From: Azolla caroliniana
Lineage: Eukaryota; Plantae; Polypodiophyta
Length of the DNA stretch: 64,000 bases
Assembly: GCA_043228905.1 (NCBI GenBank)
Contig: JBHGNT010000010.1
Coordinates: 11,284,001 to 11,348,000, forward strand
Direction: 5' to 3'
The notes beneath the pieces are model-generated. The model did no database searches. It had not been told where the DNA came from and saw only the letters and a program-made list of their open reading frames with translations. Shown here piece after piece: positions 36,489-51,072 of the stretch. Position 1 is the first letter of the stretch. Each line of letters begins with the position of its first letter. Made by a program: the position numbers and the translations under genes.

Positions 36489-39400
36489 CAATAAGAAAAG
36501 TTGAGGGGAGAAAGAAACTATTGAAGTGTATATATACCTGTACATCTTGACATCTCCCAAATCATAGTGCAACTCAATTCTAGTGAAGTGTCATTACAAC
36601 ATCATATAGGTTTGTTTATAGTAAATATGACATATAGACCATGTGTACCCAACCGTGGCAAGAGAGAACTCACGTTGGTTTCGTCAATCATACAACTGAT
36701 ACTAACAAGGGATATGCCAATGTGATTGTCAAAAAGTCAACACTTTTTTGTGAATTCACTCCAATCTCTAAAGTGATATTGTTTTAATTGGGGATGATTA
36801 AATCCTAGCATCATGTAAACCGTGATGGCGTTGAATATACACTCTTGAGAGGAAATGGTTTGGTGCTGCCTCTAGAGACCTTGACAACGCTAAGTCACTG
36901 ATTTGCTTCCTTGAAGCAATAATTTCAATTTATGACATTTTCTTTTCTACCCTAAAATCACAAAACCTAAATTGTAATAAGACAATATGCTTCGTTTATT
37001 CTTGTTATAAAAGTTGTGTGTGTTATTGTAAAAATAAGCTAATATGCAAATCTTGATGCTCTTGAAAATGTCAAATTTTTTGTGTATTATGGATTCCACA
37101 TGTTTTGTAAGGCTACATTAGCACCTCACCAAGGGATACAAGACTTGCACAAGAGACTACCTCAAGTTTCCATGAAGCCTCATCAAACAATGAATATGTT
37201 GAAGCATTCTGCTTTGTTCACTAAAGAAGAGTGCAATCCTATTATGCCCAATATGCGAGAAAGTCAATCCACCCGAGATGATCAAGATGCAATGCTCATA
37301 AGCAAAGACCCATTGATGGAAAAGTTATTATTGTACTTCATTTACATTAGAACAACATGAAAAAGAGATGGCATTCAAGTTAAGTTGATGTTTTGATGAA
37401 TATCAATAACAAACCATTTTTGAACAAGTCCTTGAGAAGAGTAAATGTTGCGTCATGATAGAGTCAAAATGTTTAAATATGTGATCATGAGGGGGGTTCA
37501 ATACTTGTGGTACCATGTTGAATGCCCATTTTTAATTTTATACTAATTACTTGAAAGCACTACCCTATAGTATATAAAATTGTCGAGCTATATTGTATGA
37601 CTCTCCAAATTCGATAGCGCTATCCTTGCACTTCTCTTTGGTATCGAATTTTGTCAACAAGCGAATCAAAACATATCAAACACATGCAAGTTTTGGAAGC
37701 ACCTTGTATCGTAAGGAGTCACCTTAAGGTTAGTCTTACAACAATTCAAAGGGTTTCTCTTGACATAAATATCGTTAGTTACTAGTCTAGTAGGGTTGGT
37801 AAGGGGTTTTGTAGTGTCATAAATACTACTTATAAGAGAGAGATAGATATTAGAGAGCAAACAACTCCATAAACTATATCATTTCTCTGGTGTGAGTATT
37901 AATCAAGATTAAATATCTTTTGTGTTATATTGACACACCTTGGCTCATAAATCTCATGTTGATGTTGTAGATAAATTGTAATTGATATAATAAGCGTTCA
38001 ATTATGTTGTGTTTGTTCTTACTGTTCATGAAATGTTAATAATAATTTTAAAGCAACACATCACAGAAATAAACACCAAGAATTGTCCTCAAACACAAAT
38101 TAAAGAAATCATCATAAAAAATGTTATTTTATCATAAATGAAAACCTTTTAATTACTAAATTAACAACTTTAAAGTGTAGTGGACACCTAACGATCAATA
38201 TATATCGAAGGTTAACGTAAAGCTACATCACATTCACCTCTCTTTCTTGCCCACTTCCTTTTTTTCGAAAGTGAATGTGTGCGGACCATGTGGGTGCAAA
38301 AAATGTCAGGAGTATAAAACAACATTAGAACAAACAATTGTCATGCAAGGATTATGGGTTAAGTTTAGGATACAAATTATGCCCAAAAGTGGGCATTTGC
38401 TTGCATCAACATACTAGCACACAATCGGAACAAACGAAACTATTCTATTATAGCCACATACCATATATCTTTAATAGCCCCTATATTGACCAAAGCTTAA
38501 AGCATGTGCATGTTTCATTTTTGGAAATTGATAGTTTGAAATTAGGATCCTTGTAGAATTCTATCAAATCCAAATACTGCAAAAAGGAAGCACATTATAT
38601 TAGCTACTAATAGAGGTAAAAGTTTTCGTTGGATAAAGACAAAAGAACAAAGTGAAAATTGGTATATTAGTGTTTTTGTATGAAATGGTTGAACATGTAC
38701 ATTCATATTTGGATATGTACACATATATGGATGTATGTACAAACATACATGAATGATTGGATGCATACAAGCACATGCAAACACACCCAATTTTTCAATC
38801 TTAAAGAATTGAGTATGCAAGGTAGGTGCAGTCGATTTTGGTCAATCTAATTAAGTATGATGCAACCGATTGAGATAATGAAGGAATATAAATTAAATGC
38901 AGGATTTATTTAAGCGTTTTTGTATCTTAGCTTAGTGTCCCAACCTCACATTTCCACTTCTAACATCTAACAGATTTGAGAAATGCCACACCTTAGTCTT
39001 TACTGGCTAACAAGAATTTTGATATATGAAAATACTAGGGGTATAATTGAAATTTGATATTACTCTATCTACAAGGGGAATTTATGGTATTTTTTAAATA
39101 TTTTTCGTACACAATTCATGTGAAGAAAGAATTGACATGATATTAGTAGAATATTTCGAGACGAGTATGAGTGAGTGGCTCCTACAACATAAATAACCTA
39201 GAAATATGGATCAATCAACATTCTTTTTTCAAAGTGGCCATGTTTTGTTTACTTTTATATAAAAATGTGTCAAACAATCAATAAAAAGATGAAGATCGGC
39301 AAGCATCTATGATGTATCATTTTTTAATACATTTCCAAAAACTTCATTGAAAACATGTAAAGAGAAGTGAGATGTGTCTTTTGCTATTCATATTAACACC

Positions 39401-41928
39401 ATGTTGAAAATGGTTTCAAAAAATCACCAATTAACTAGAGCATGAGGAAAAACAAAAGAATGCGAAACTAGTGAGCAAAACAGGTAGTATAAGAAATATT
39501 TATTGCAAGCCAATACATTCATGCCTAAAGGAGAACTCAGAAAAGGCAAACAATAATTCATTAGTAATATAATTAAATGACACCATATCTACGTTAATAC
39601 TACTATATCTAAATAAATATTTGGGAGCTTTGTACTATTAGCAAGTAACACTAATGGTGCATTGTTCAAATTCCCAAATGCCACAATAATTGTCATGTGA
39701 AAGCATAACCTTAGCTCTTTAAACAATATGATTTAATAACTTTTGCAATTTATTTTGCACAAAAAAGTATGTCAAGAATCAAGATAAGATGACATCACCT
39801 ATTAAATACATGAAACAATAATGTAATAAGGCTAATACACATTTGGATTCGAAAACTATGCCTATCTTGGTATTATGAGTGTGTAATCCCCAAGGTGTTT
39901 TAACCTTGAGTGCACTTCTTACTCAATGGAGTTTGCTCTCATTGAGGTGATGTTAGTGGTGGGTGGGCATGAGCCTATGTCTATTGTATTGGGGATGAGT
40001 TGGGTAAGGATGGGGGTTAACCAATATTAAGGATATTAATGATGACATGCTAACCTGTTGGCCGAACTACTCACTAATAGTTCTTGTTAACAAATTTGCA
40101 TAAAGCTCTTAGCACCAAATGATGTGTGACATCAAAATACGAAAGTCACGAAGATTAGGAAAAGCCAAAAAGTTGGCGTCTATACTTTCTTTATATTTAA
40201 GTGATTTTCATTTGTACCCTTTCAAACAAAGGATAGACCATAAGGTGTTATCTTTTCAGGTTCCAATGCTACCCTTTCTATCTGTATACACTTGTCCTTG
40301 ATATCAACGTTATCGTGATGTGGGAGCACATAAGAGGAAATAAGTTACATACAAATATTAAGAAGGTTGAATGATAAAGCTACGACGTGGTATGAAGTAC
40401 AAGTAACATATTGTATTTAAAAACAATGAAAAAGTCGTAGCTCAATTGCTAAGAGTTTGCAATATGAGTGAGAGTGGAAAAATAGAATGTGTAATTGGGG
40501 AATACAAAGCATGGGGTGTGCTAAAGTAAAAACACTTTTTTATTTGGGAAGAAAGCCTCTTTCATCCTATAAAAGGGGTGAAAAGAACTCATACTTGGGG
40601 GGGGGGAGAAAAAGAGAGACGTGGAAGAAGCTCTGTGAGATTTAGACGCAAAAAAGGTAGCGTAATCAATCAAGAGGGCTTGTAAGACCAACATTGACAG
40701 GAGGCAATGTGGCCGTCAATCATTGGAGGTTGCACCGAAACTTAGCTTCACTTGTGGACAAATCTTCTTTGATTATCCTTTTCTTCATCATCTTTTTTTT
40801 CTTCTCCTCAATATAATTATTGTCTTAGGGTTTAATTTTCTTCTTCTTTGTGAAATTTAGGGTTCTTAGTGTATGTTAAATTTTTAAAATTTACCACTCT
40901 TGTAATCAAAATTTTCCGAAAACTTGTAAACTCTTTTTTATAAAGGAATTTTCTTTCATAATCCAACTTTTTCAGTCTGTAAAGTGGACAATCTGAACTT
41001 AATATTGTAAAATCCATTCGTAATGTCACGTCCACGAGGACCAAGCGGCCCAAGTGGACTTGATGGTGTTCACGACATCCAACTCGAAGGAGGACACTAT
41101 CATGAGTATCAAGGACGCGATGGTCAACTCTAATATGAGCGTATACCACAAAAGAGGGTGAATTAAGAAACATGAAATGTGGTCATCTAAGGATATAAAT
41201 GTGAGCATGTACTTGAAGAAAGGGTTACAAAGAGTAGTCCATGTCAATGTTCGGATGGTACCAAGCAAAGGCAAGAGTGTATTGATGGATGACGGAAGGA
41301 CGAAGGATAGTTTGAACAAGGGTGGTCCATTTGTCATGCACAAAGGATCATGCTCAAGCAAAGACGATGAGGCCATGACAACCGATCATGGAAGTGCAAG
41401 GTGTGGACGATAGATATGGTGGATCTAATGCGATGGTGTTTCGGGTGGAAACAATAGATGATCTCTAAATGGAGGAACAAAGGTGACACAAGAAAGGAAG
41501 GAATAAAAGGAAGTTATGTAAATAATTATAAAACAATAAGCATTGCATCCTTTCATCTGGTTGGTTCTTGTGAGTCCACTTACTCCTTCTAGAATTTCCC
41601 TTTTATGAAACTCTTGAGGAGGGATGACCATAATTTTGCTTCCTTCCCATCTTGGCTCCACTACACCTCTTTCCCTATTCGGATCTTGGTAGATGCTGAG
41701 TAGTTGATAGCCTTGTTAGGAATATGGGACTGAATTGAGATGAGCTTGGATTAGAGCTTAGATTACCAACACGATATAAGACAACCACAAACAGAGACAA
41801 GTACACCAAAATTTTAACGTGGAAAACCCAAATTTGGGAAAAACTACGGAACCCCTCAGGTTTGAAACAAATTCACTATCTTTCTGAGTACAACCGAATA
41901 CAACCTCTCTAGTTTTGACTAGAGGGAT

Positions 41929-42204
41929 TGTTAATAATTAGGTAATTAAGCAAGGGTTAATTAGTACCTAATCATGTGATTAAGTTAAGTAGAAGATTAA
42001 GTGATATGTGTGTGTATGTGTGCGAGAGGAAGTTACACTTATGAACAACACAAGATGGGGGATGATTAGCTCTATATTAAATTAGCATTATCATCGTCAA
42101 ATACAAAAATACCTACAATGAGGTATATATAGATCTCATGTGCAAGGGTGCACATGTGTGAGGAGAATATAGGTACAAAGGTGTAAGTCCCATATTAAAT
42201 GTAT
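41929..42204 (-). mobile_element. Partial copia LTR, same family as 25271-25756, interrupted at 42205
   Basis: Start TGTTAATAATTAGGTAATTAA matches 25271; similarity stops at 42204. Confidence 0.75.
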
Positions 42205-42321
42205 GGAAAAGTACCAGGATACCCCTAGAAGTTTGTCTATTTACCAGAATGCCCTTGGAAGTTCCAAATTTATCAAACTACCCCTATGTCCAAAAAAATA
42301 CACTCTATAAAGTAAATATAC
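42205..42321 (+). mobile_element. Mutator-like terminal sequence, continued at 58398-58520 after the Sola insertion
   Basis: GGAAAAGTACC start with recurring TTTACCA..ATACCC motifs on both sides of the Sola element; partner TIR not found. Confidence 0.45.
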
Positions 42322-42879
42322 GGGTAAAAGCATGCGAGTGGAAACACTATTATAGCTAATTAGCTACTAAAATGGCCATAGCTAATTAGCTATTTGTTTA
42401 GCTAGTCTTTTTTGTGGGAAAATCAAATATTTGAAAAACTAATTTATGAAAAAACTCAAATATTTGAACTTCTGTTTTAGACGTAGTGGAACTTGGGGAA
42501 TAACACCATCATCTAAGGTCGACTTTAATGTCATCAATTTCTTGTTTAGCCTAAGTTTGATTTTGAACGCAGATGGAGTACTCAGAGCACGAACGCAGAC
42601 GTAGCTCTCGCAACAGCAGAAAATCGACATTGCAGATTCAAAGCTATAACACAGAACCCACTCGATCATCGTCCAGGTATGTTTCAGTTACAGAAACCCC
42701 AAACATTTGTTTTTTCTTTTTGACTACTGTCTGAACTTTGGTGCCGATTCATATTTCCCCAAAATCGAATAGGGCGAAGTCATTGGAGTCCCATACAAGG
42801 ATGTCTCGCAGATCGGGGAGTAGCAGCATGTGTGTTTATATTACTTTTTTTGTGTTTAATCTTGTCTTTAGTGATGATT

Positions 42880-43400
42880 GGGGTTTCTGATTGAAATTTC
42901 TGATTAGGGTTTTTGTTTATAAATTTTTGATTAGGGTTTGTGATTGAAATTTTTGATTAGGGTTTGTGATTCAAATTTCTAATTAGGGTTTTTGATTATA
43001 AATTTCTGATTAGAATTTCTGAATAGGGTTTCTGGTTACAAATTTTGATTACAGATTAGAATTTCTGAATAGGGTTTTTGTTTATAAATTTTTGATTAGA
43101 ATTTTTGATTAGGGTTTGTGATTGAAATTTCTGATTAGGGTTTCTGATTGAAATTTCTGATTAGGGTTTTTGATTATAAATTTCTGATTAGAATTTCTGA
43201 ATAGGGTTTCTGGTTACAAACTTCTGATTACAGATTTTGATTAGGGTTTCTGATTTCAAACTTTTGATTACAGATTTTGATTAGGGTTTCTGATTTCAAA
43301 TTTCTGAATACAAATTATGATTAGGGTTTCTGATTTGCTAAGTTAATGATTTTGCACTATTTCTATTGTTGTTGATTGGGGTTTCTGATTCTGACATATT
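42880..43400 (+). repeat. Degenerate GATTAGGGTTT-containing tandem array in a probable 5' intron
   Basis: Many CTGATTAGGGTTT(C/T)TGATT units ending before the AG|ATG at 43442. Confidence 0.85.
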
Positions 43401-44779
43401 TTGATTTTGCACTATTTCTGATTTCTGAAATGATATTTTAGATGGCTCGTTCCTCCATATCTGAGAGTGCTAAACTTCGCAAAATTTTGCGAGACAAAGG
43501 AGAACTTCCACAACACCTATGGTCTGTCACTCGAGGGTGTTGACCCTATTGTCCTAAGTGATAAATTGATCAATGATGTAGACTGGATGACAGTATATAT
43601 AGTGCCTAGAGTCAAAGGCAAGGTCAAGCTGAGGCATGTACGAGCCAACTTGTACGATGACTGCATGAGGCTGCACCAGAAAGTTCATCAGGAGATCCTA
43701 GTCAACAATGAGTTGTCAGTTTCATTTGCTAGAGCATTTGCATATGAGTACTGCAAAACAGTGAAGGAATCCAGAGACCCTTAAATGTATAGGGTAGCTT
43801 GGGCAGTCTATGGTGAGGCATCGGTAAAAAGATGCTGGAAGATGGGGACCTTGGCACAAAAAATAGACAGATTTTGGAGCATGGCAGCTGTTGATGCAAC
43901 TGCCGACTCCTAGCAAAACCGGGGGCATACACCACACTGACCCCCAAGGAAAGCCAATGTCGATGATACAGGTGAGACATTGGTTAGCTATATGCTAAAA
44001 AATGTCCATGAAGCTTGTGAGACATTGGCATTTTTTAAGACTGATTTAGAGAAAGCCACAATGGCTTCCGCAATGGAGAGCAAAGTTACTTCAGCTGTTA
44101 CAACGATTAGAAATAAGATTCAGGTAACTATTGTTTTGCTGGTATGTGATTGTGTTATAAATAACTTTAAGGGTAAAATGTGCTAATCAAGCATTATCTG
44201 GAATAGGTTGTGCAACAGGAGCTTGAATTAGAGGGGCCACTGGATCCCCAACGTAAAATACAACTGCAAACAGAGATCCAGGTTCTTTCAATGAACCTGG
44301 ACCTTCTAGGTGTAAATATTGTTGCAGATTACAATTTAAAAGCTTCAAGTAAGTTAACGATTCCTGAGCAAAGTTTGTGTAACTTTCTCAAACAGGAATA
44401 ATTAATCGGTAAATTTCTCTGTTGCGTTGAAGGAACAATACATTTATCAAGAACAGGTAGTTAGCTGCCTTAAGAAGTGGCTACATTTTGTGGAGGGAAT
44501 GGTAAGGAGCAGACAGGATTTGGACCTGAACATTCTTGCTCCATTATCAAATGAAGGAGAACGAGAAAATGATTTATTGACAGTTCAAGCACGTTGCATC
44601 GCTTGCAGGTTAGGTGTGGAGGACAAAACTGCGTCTTTGTTGGTTCACCTACAACCATGCAACCACACATACCATCTGCTTTGATTTCAACATGCCTGTC
44701 GAATTGCTGCATTCTATTTGGGAGATTGCAGTACAGCTCTACCAAATGAGTGGAGAAAACTAACAGGTATACCATACTG

Positions 44780-45460
44780 TAGCTAATAAGCTTAGTCTTT
44801 TCTAATTAGCTAAGCCGTAAAAAGTATGGAAACTATTTTGCTGCTATCGTTGTAGCTAATTAGCTACTACCATAGTTGATTAAAGCAACTAATAGCTATC
44901 CTATTAGCTAATTAGCTACTGCCATAGTTTACTACAGTAGTTAATTAGCTATGTGGCAGCTAGTTAGCTACTAGCTAATTAGCTATCCTACTGGCAGCTA
45001 GTTAGCTATTAGCTAATTAGCTACTCATAGCTAATTAGCTAGTACCATAGTTGTGTAAAGTAGCTAATTAGCTATCCTACTAGCTAATTAGCTACTGGCA
45101 GCTAATGAGCTACTAGCTAATTAGCTATCCTAGTAGCTAATTAGCTATGGTACTAGCTAATTAGCTATCCTAGTAGCTAATTAGCTATCCTAGTAGCTAA
45201 TTAGCTATCCTAGTAGCTAATAAGCCATCCTAGCTACTACATAGTTGAGAAAGTAGCTAATTAGCTATCATTGTAGCTAATTAGCTATCCTACTAGCTAA
45301 TTAGCTACTGCCATAGTTGTGTAAAGTAGCTAATTAGCTATCCTAGCTATTACCATAGTTGAGAAAAGTAGCTAATTAGCTATCCTAGCTACTACCATAG
45401 TTGAGTAAAGTAGCTAATTAGCTATCCTACCTACTACCATAGTTGAGTAAAGTAGCTAAT
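44780..45460. repeat. Array of the 14-bp palindrome TAGCTAATTAGCTA (continues 51073-51450)
   Basis: Dozens of copies; the array is split by copia B. Confidence 0.95.
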
Positions 45461-45887
45461 TGTTAGGAAACAGGTCCCTCCGGATGGGAAGTGAGAAGAA
45501 CAATGTTGATGAGCAAAACTCGGCCAAGGCCAATAGGCCAAGGCCGAAACCGGATGTGGAGTACTCGGCTATGGAAGACCCGGTGAGAACCGGATGTGGA
45601 GTACCTGGCTATGGAAGACCCGATGAGAACCAGATGTGGAGTACCCGGCAACCGAAGACCTGGTGAGAACCAGATGACGAGTGCCCGGCAAGAGCCGGAT
45701 GATGTAGGCCCGGTGAGGAGTGCTCACCGGATGAAGGGACATATTTGTAAATATGTATTTGAGAGTCCATCAGGGCTATATTTGTAAATAGCCGAAAAGT
45801 CATATTAGTATAAATATGACTTAGGGCAAACTTAGTATTGAGAGAATTGTCATTCTTGTTGGTGCAAGATTAGAGCGCGTAACTGTG

Positions 45888-45943
<56 letters not shown>

Positions 45944-48900
45944 GGTCGTTGCCTCTGTTGTAACCACCGCCTGTGGCGAAGATAGCAAGCTCGAGGTCGT
46001 TGCCTCGGTGCTTTACTATTGTACATTCTGATATAGTGATAGTTCGCAGTTTGTGGGCTGCTGTGGTTTTTCCCTAGTTTGGGTTTTCCACATTAACATC
46101 CTGTGCACTCTTCTCTTCGTTGTGTCATGCGTTCATTACCTGTTTTCTGTGTTTGATTCTAGGCTCGGTTGTGGCCGAGCGTTGTTCATAGGGAGCGCGG
46201 ATTCCTGTCAAAGTGGTATCAGAGCGAAACGACACAGAAAATGGACGAATCGTTGGGAGGCATGTTGAAGCTCACCGGCTCCAACTATTCCGTGTGGAAG
46301 TCGAAGATGAGGGACATGCTCGTGGTTAAAGATCTTTGGTTGCCGGTTCAGTTCGGGGACAAGAGACCGGACAAAATCGACACCACGATATGGGAGGTGA
46401 TGCACATGAAGACAACGGCTTACATATGGTGCTTCATCGACATGAGTCTATACAACAACTTCAATGAAGAGAGCAAGGCTCATGAGCTCTGGGAGAAGAT
46501 CGACATTATGTTTCAAAACAAAAATGTTGTTAATTAGGTTTCGGTATTTCGGAAGCTAGTAAGACTCCAGTACCAAGATGGCTCCAGCATGGCGGAGCAC
46601 ATGAATGCCTTCCAGGGGCTGATCCACCAGGCAACATCATTGGAAGTACCTCTCGCCGATGAGGTACTAGCGCTACTCCTGCTCGGTTCCCTCCCAGATA
46701 GCTGGGAGACGTTGGTTGTCACTTTGGGCAACGCCGGGTCGGAAGGGAAATGGTTATCCCTAGCAAGAGTGAAGTCGAGCTTGCTAGATGAGGAGGCGCG
46801 TCGTAAAGATAAGGATACGAGCTCTGACTCCAAAGCGCTCCTTACCGAATCGGAACGCGGAAGACAAAGGAACCGTAGCCCCCAGAACCGGGAAAAGTCG
46901 GGGACAGGGTTAAAGTCAAGGGGGAGGCCAACTTGCTTCTATTGTGGCAAGCCGGGGCACTTCTAGAAAAACTGTTGGCACTTCCGAAATGACAAGGAAA
47001 CCGACGACACCGATTTGAAGCGGACACCGGACCGGAACGGTAAAGACCGGAGGGGAACGGACCGGAAGGGAACAACGGCAATCGTGGCAAGTGAAGAAGA
47101 GTTGATGCTCATCACCGAGGAGAGTGAGCTAAACCTTGCCGGCGACGAGATGATTTGGGTGGTCGACTCCGGAGCGTCGTTCCATCTTACCTCGGACCGG
47201 AAATGCTTCTCATCCTACTCAACCGGTGATCACGATTGTGTCCGGATGGGGAATGAAGGTACATGCCGAATTGTGGGCATAGGAGACGTGTGGTTGACAA
47301 CACCAACCGGATGCAATTTGCTGTTGAAGGATGTCCGACACGTTTCGGAGGTTTGTCTGAACCTGATATCAGCCGGTCGGCTAGATGATGAAGGCTACAC
47401 GGGTAGCATCCGGAACGGTGTTACGAAGTTCAACAAAGGGAGCCTGATTGTGGCTCGGGCCCGGAAGGTAAACACGATGTACCTGATGAATGCCCGGTTA
47501 TGCCCAGAAGAAGTGAACATGGCTTCCGACACAGCCGGTGAGCTGTGGCACAAGAGGCTGTGTCACATGAGCGAGAAGGGGATGAAGAGGCTTGCAAACG
47601 ACAACCTCATTCCAGTGAAGAATGTGCACTTGGAGAAGTGCACTGATTGTCTGGTCGTTAAACAAAACCGGACCTCCTTCCGATCGAGGCCACCGATGAG
47701 ACGTAATGCACCACTAGAGTTGGTGCATACTGATGTATGTCAAGTGGACACAAAGTCAGATGCCGGATCGTAGTACTTCGTGACGTTCATAGATGACCAC
47801 AACCGGAAGCTGTGGGCCACACCGTTGAAGACGAAGGATCAGGTGCTATCCGTCTTCAAAGAGCTCCACGCGAGAGTGGAAAGAGAAACCGGCCGGAAGC
47901 TGAAGGCGGTTCGAGTAGATAACGGAGGTGAATACCGGGGGCAGTTTGAGGAGTATTGTCGCTCGAAGGGAATCCGGCTCGAATTTACCGTGCTGAAGAC
48001 GCCGGAACTAAATGGGCTGGCCGAGAGAATGAACTGGACCATAATGGAGAGGGTCCAGAGTATGCTGGCGCATGCAAAATTACCCAAGACGTTTTGGGCT
48101 GAGGCGCTGTCAACGGCGACATATGTGATAAACAGATCACCCTCAGTACCCTTGGACGGAGACATGCCACAGAGAGTCTGGACCGGTAAGGAAGTGTCCT
48201 ACCGGCATATGAAGGTATTCGGGTGTCTTGCGTACGTGCATGTTGCTAAGGACCGAGAGGAAAGTTGGATCCAAAGACCCAGCCATGCATATTCCTCGGT
48301 TACGGCGACAATGAGTTCGGCTACCGAGAGTGGGACCTGGCCGACAAGAAGGTATTCCGGAGACGAGATATTATCTTCATGGAGGACAAGATGCTCGGCG
48401 ACTGGGAGTCGGAGAAGAAGATAATGAACTCCGAGTAGACCGGTAAGGATTGATTCTACGATGATCAGACCCAACCGGCAAGAGACCGGTTAACACTCAA
48501 GGAACCAGCCGGTTACGGGGAGGATACTGAACCGGCAGAAGAAGAAGTAGAGGAAACAGGAACCGGCCAAGACCCCGAATCAGATTTGGATGAAGAGCAA
48601 ATGGAGGAGCTGGTTACCGAAGCCCAAAGACGGAGATATCCTCTTAGAGAGAGAAGGCCCCCCCGGAGATTTCCGGATGCAGTACATGTGCTGCTAACCG
48701 ATGAGGGGGAGCCAGAAAGCTTCGAAGAAGCGAAGGATGACACCCACAGCCGCAAATGGTTAAGTGCCATGCAGGATGAAATGGATTCCCTGCATGAGAA
48801 CCATACGTATGAATTGGTGGAGTTGCCGTAAGGAAAGAGGGCACTCCGAAACAAGTGTGTGTACAAGTTAAAACCGGGAGATGCCGGCAACCCCCCGAGA

Positions 48901-50757
48901 TACAAAGCCAGGATCGTGGTCAAGGGGTTCCTGCAGAAGAAGGGCGTGGACTTCGACAAGATATTTGCCCCGGTAGTAAAGATGACCTCCATCCGGGCGG
49001 TGCTGAGTATAGTGGCAAGCATGGACCTCTAGGTAGAGCAGCTGGACGTGAAGATGACATTCCTTCACGGTGACCTCGAAGAGGAGATCTACATGCAGCA
49101 ACCGGAAGGATTCGTGGAGAAAGGGAAGGAGCACTTGGTTTGCCGGTTGAAGAAGAGCTTGTACGGACTGAAGCAGGCTCCCCGACAATGGTACCGGAAG
49201 TTCGACTCCTTCATCACCGATCAAGGGTACCACAAGACGCAGGCCGACCACTTCGTGTTTGTGAAGAAGTTCGAAGGAGGTGACTTCCTGATACTTCTTC
49301 TGTACGTGGACGACATGTTGATCGTCGGACGGGACCAAGCCAAAATACGGATGCTAAAGAAGGCTCTCAACCGAACTTTCGCAATGAAAGACTTGGGTCC
49401 GGCAAGATAGATGCTGGGGATGCATATCATCGGGAACCGGCCAACGAAGCAATTGTGGCTGTCATAGGAGAAATACGTGACAAAGGTGCTTCAACGGTTC
49501 AACATGTTAGAAGCGAAACCGGTCGGATCAACACTCCCGGCAAACTGCAGATTATCCGGTAAGCAAAGCCGGAAGACGAAAGCAGAGAAGGTTGATATGA
49601 TGAAGGTTCCATATGCCTCTACCGTCGGGAGCTTAATGTACACAATGGTGTATACCCGATCAGATATAGGATACGCAGTCGGAGTGGTGAGCCGGTTTAT
49701 GAGCAATCCCGACAAGGAGCACTGGAACACGGTCAAATGGATACTCCGTTACTTGAAGGGCACTTCGAATATGTGTCTCCGATTCGGCTCCGGTAAACCT
49801 CAACTTGATAGTTTTACCAATTCGGACATGTCGGCTGATGTGGATACCAACCGGTCTACATCCGGGTTTGTAATGACATATGCAGGGGGAGTTGTTTCGT
49901 GGAAGTCGAGGCTGCAGAAGACGGTTGCATTGTCAAACACGGAGGCGGAGTACATGGCGGCTGTGGAAGCCGGCAAGGAAATATTATGGATGAAGGACTT
50001 CATTGGAGAGCTCGGTATCCGGCAAGATGAATATTGACTCTATTGCGACAGTCAAAGTGCCATCCACCTTGCTAAGAACGCATCGTACCATTCTAGGACG
50101 AAGGACATCCAACGTAGGTATCACTGGATCCGGGAGCGAGTAGAAGATCGAGAGTTCGCGATGACGAAGATCCACACGGCCAAGAACGGGTCAGATATGC
50201 TGACCAAAGTACTGATACCTGACAAGCTGGATGCATGCCGGAAGCGGATCGGACTAGTAAGACATCCCATGCCGGAGTGAAGGGGGAGTTTGTTAGGAAA
50301 TAGGTTCCTCCGGATGGGAAGTGAGAAGAACAATGCTGATGAGAAAAACTCGGCCAAGGCCAATAGGCCGAGGCCGAAACCGGATGTGGAGTACCCAGCA
50401 ATGGAAGACCCGGTGAGAACCAGATGTGGAGTACTCGGCTACGGAAGACCCGGTGAGAACCGGATGTGGAGTACCCAACTACGGAAGACCTGGTGAGAAC
50501 CGAATGTGGAGTACCCGGCAACGGAAGACCCGGTGAGAACCGGATGATGAGTGCCCGACAAGAACTGGATGATGTGGGCCCGGTGAGGAGTGCTCACCGG
50601 ATGAAGGGACATATTCGTAAATATGTTTCTGAGAGTCCATTAGGGCTATATTTGTAAATAGCCGAAAAGTCATATTAGTATAAATATGACTTAGGGCAAA
50701 CTTAGTATTGAGAGAGTTGTCATTCTTGTTGGTGCAAGATTAGAGCGCGTAACTGTG

Positions 50758-50805
<48 letters not shown>

Positions 50806-51072
50806 GGTCGTTGCCTCTGTTGTAACCACCGCCTGTGGCGAAGATAGCAAGCTCGAGGTCGTTGCCTCGGTGCTTTACTATTGTACATTCTGATATAGTG
50901 ATAGTTCGCAGTTTGTGGGCTGCCGTGGTTTTTCCCTAGTTTGGGTTTTCCACGTTAACATCCTGTGTACTCTTCTCTTCGTTGTGTCGTGCGTTCATTA
51001 CCCGTTTTCTGTGTTTGATTCTAGGCTCGGTTGTGGCCGAGCGTTGTTCATAGGGAGCATGGATTCCTGTCA
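45461..51072 (+). mobile_element. Full-length Tnt1-like Ty1/copia element B
   Basis: LTRs 45461-46210 and 50291-51072, TSD CTAAT, Met PBS 46214-46225, PPT ~50279-50288; internal region highly similar to element A. Confidence 0.97.
46241..50280 (+). pseudogene. Copia B gag-pol with many stops
   Basis: Same motifs as element A with more disabling changes. Confidence 0.93.

Noticed and set aside
36900-41900. AT-rich region with faint copia, LTR and gag-like remnants
   Set aside because: Too degenerate to set boundaries or TSDs; the short ORFs lack recognisable domains.
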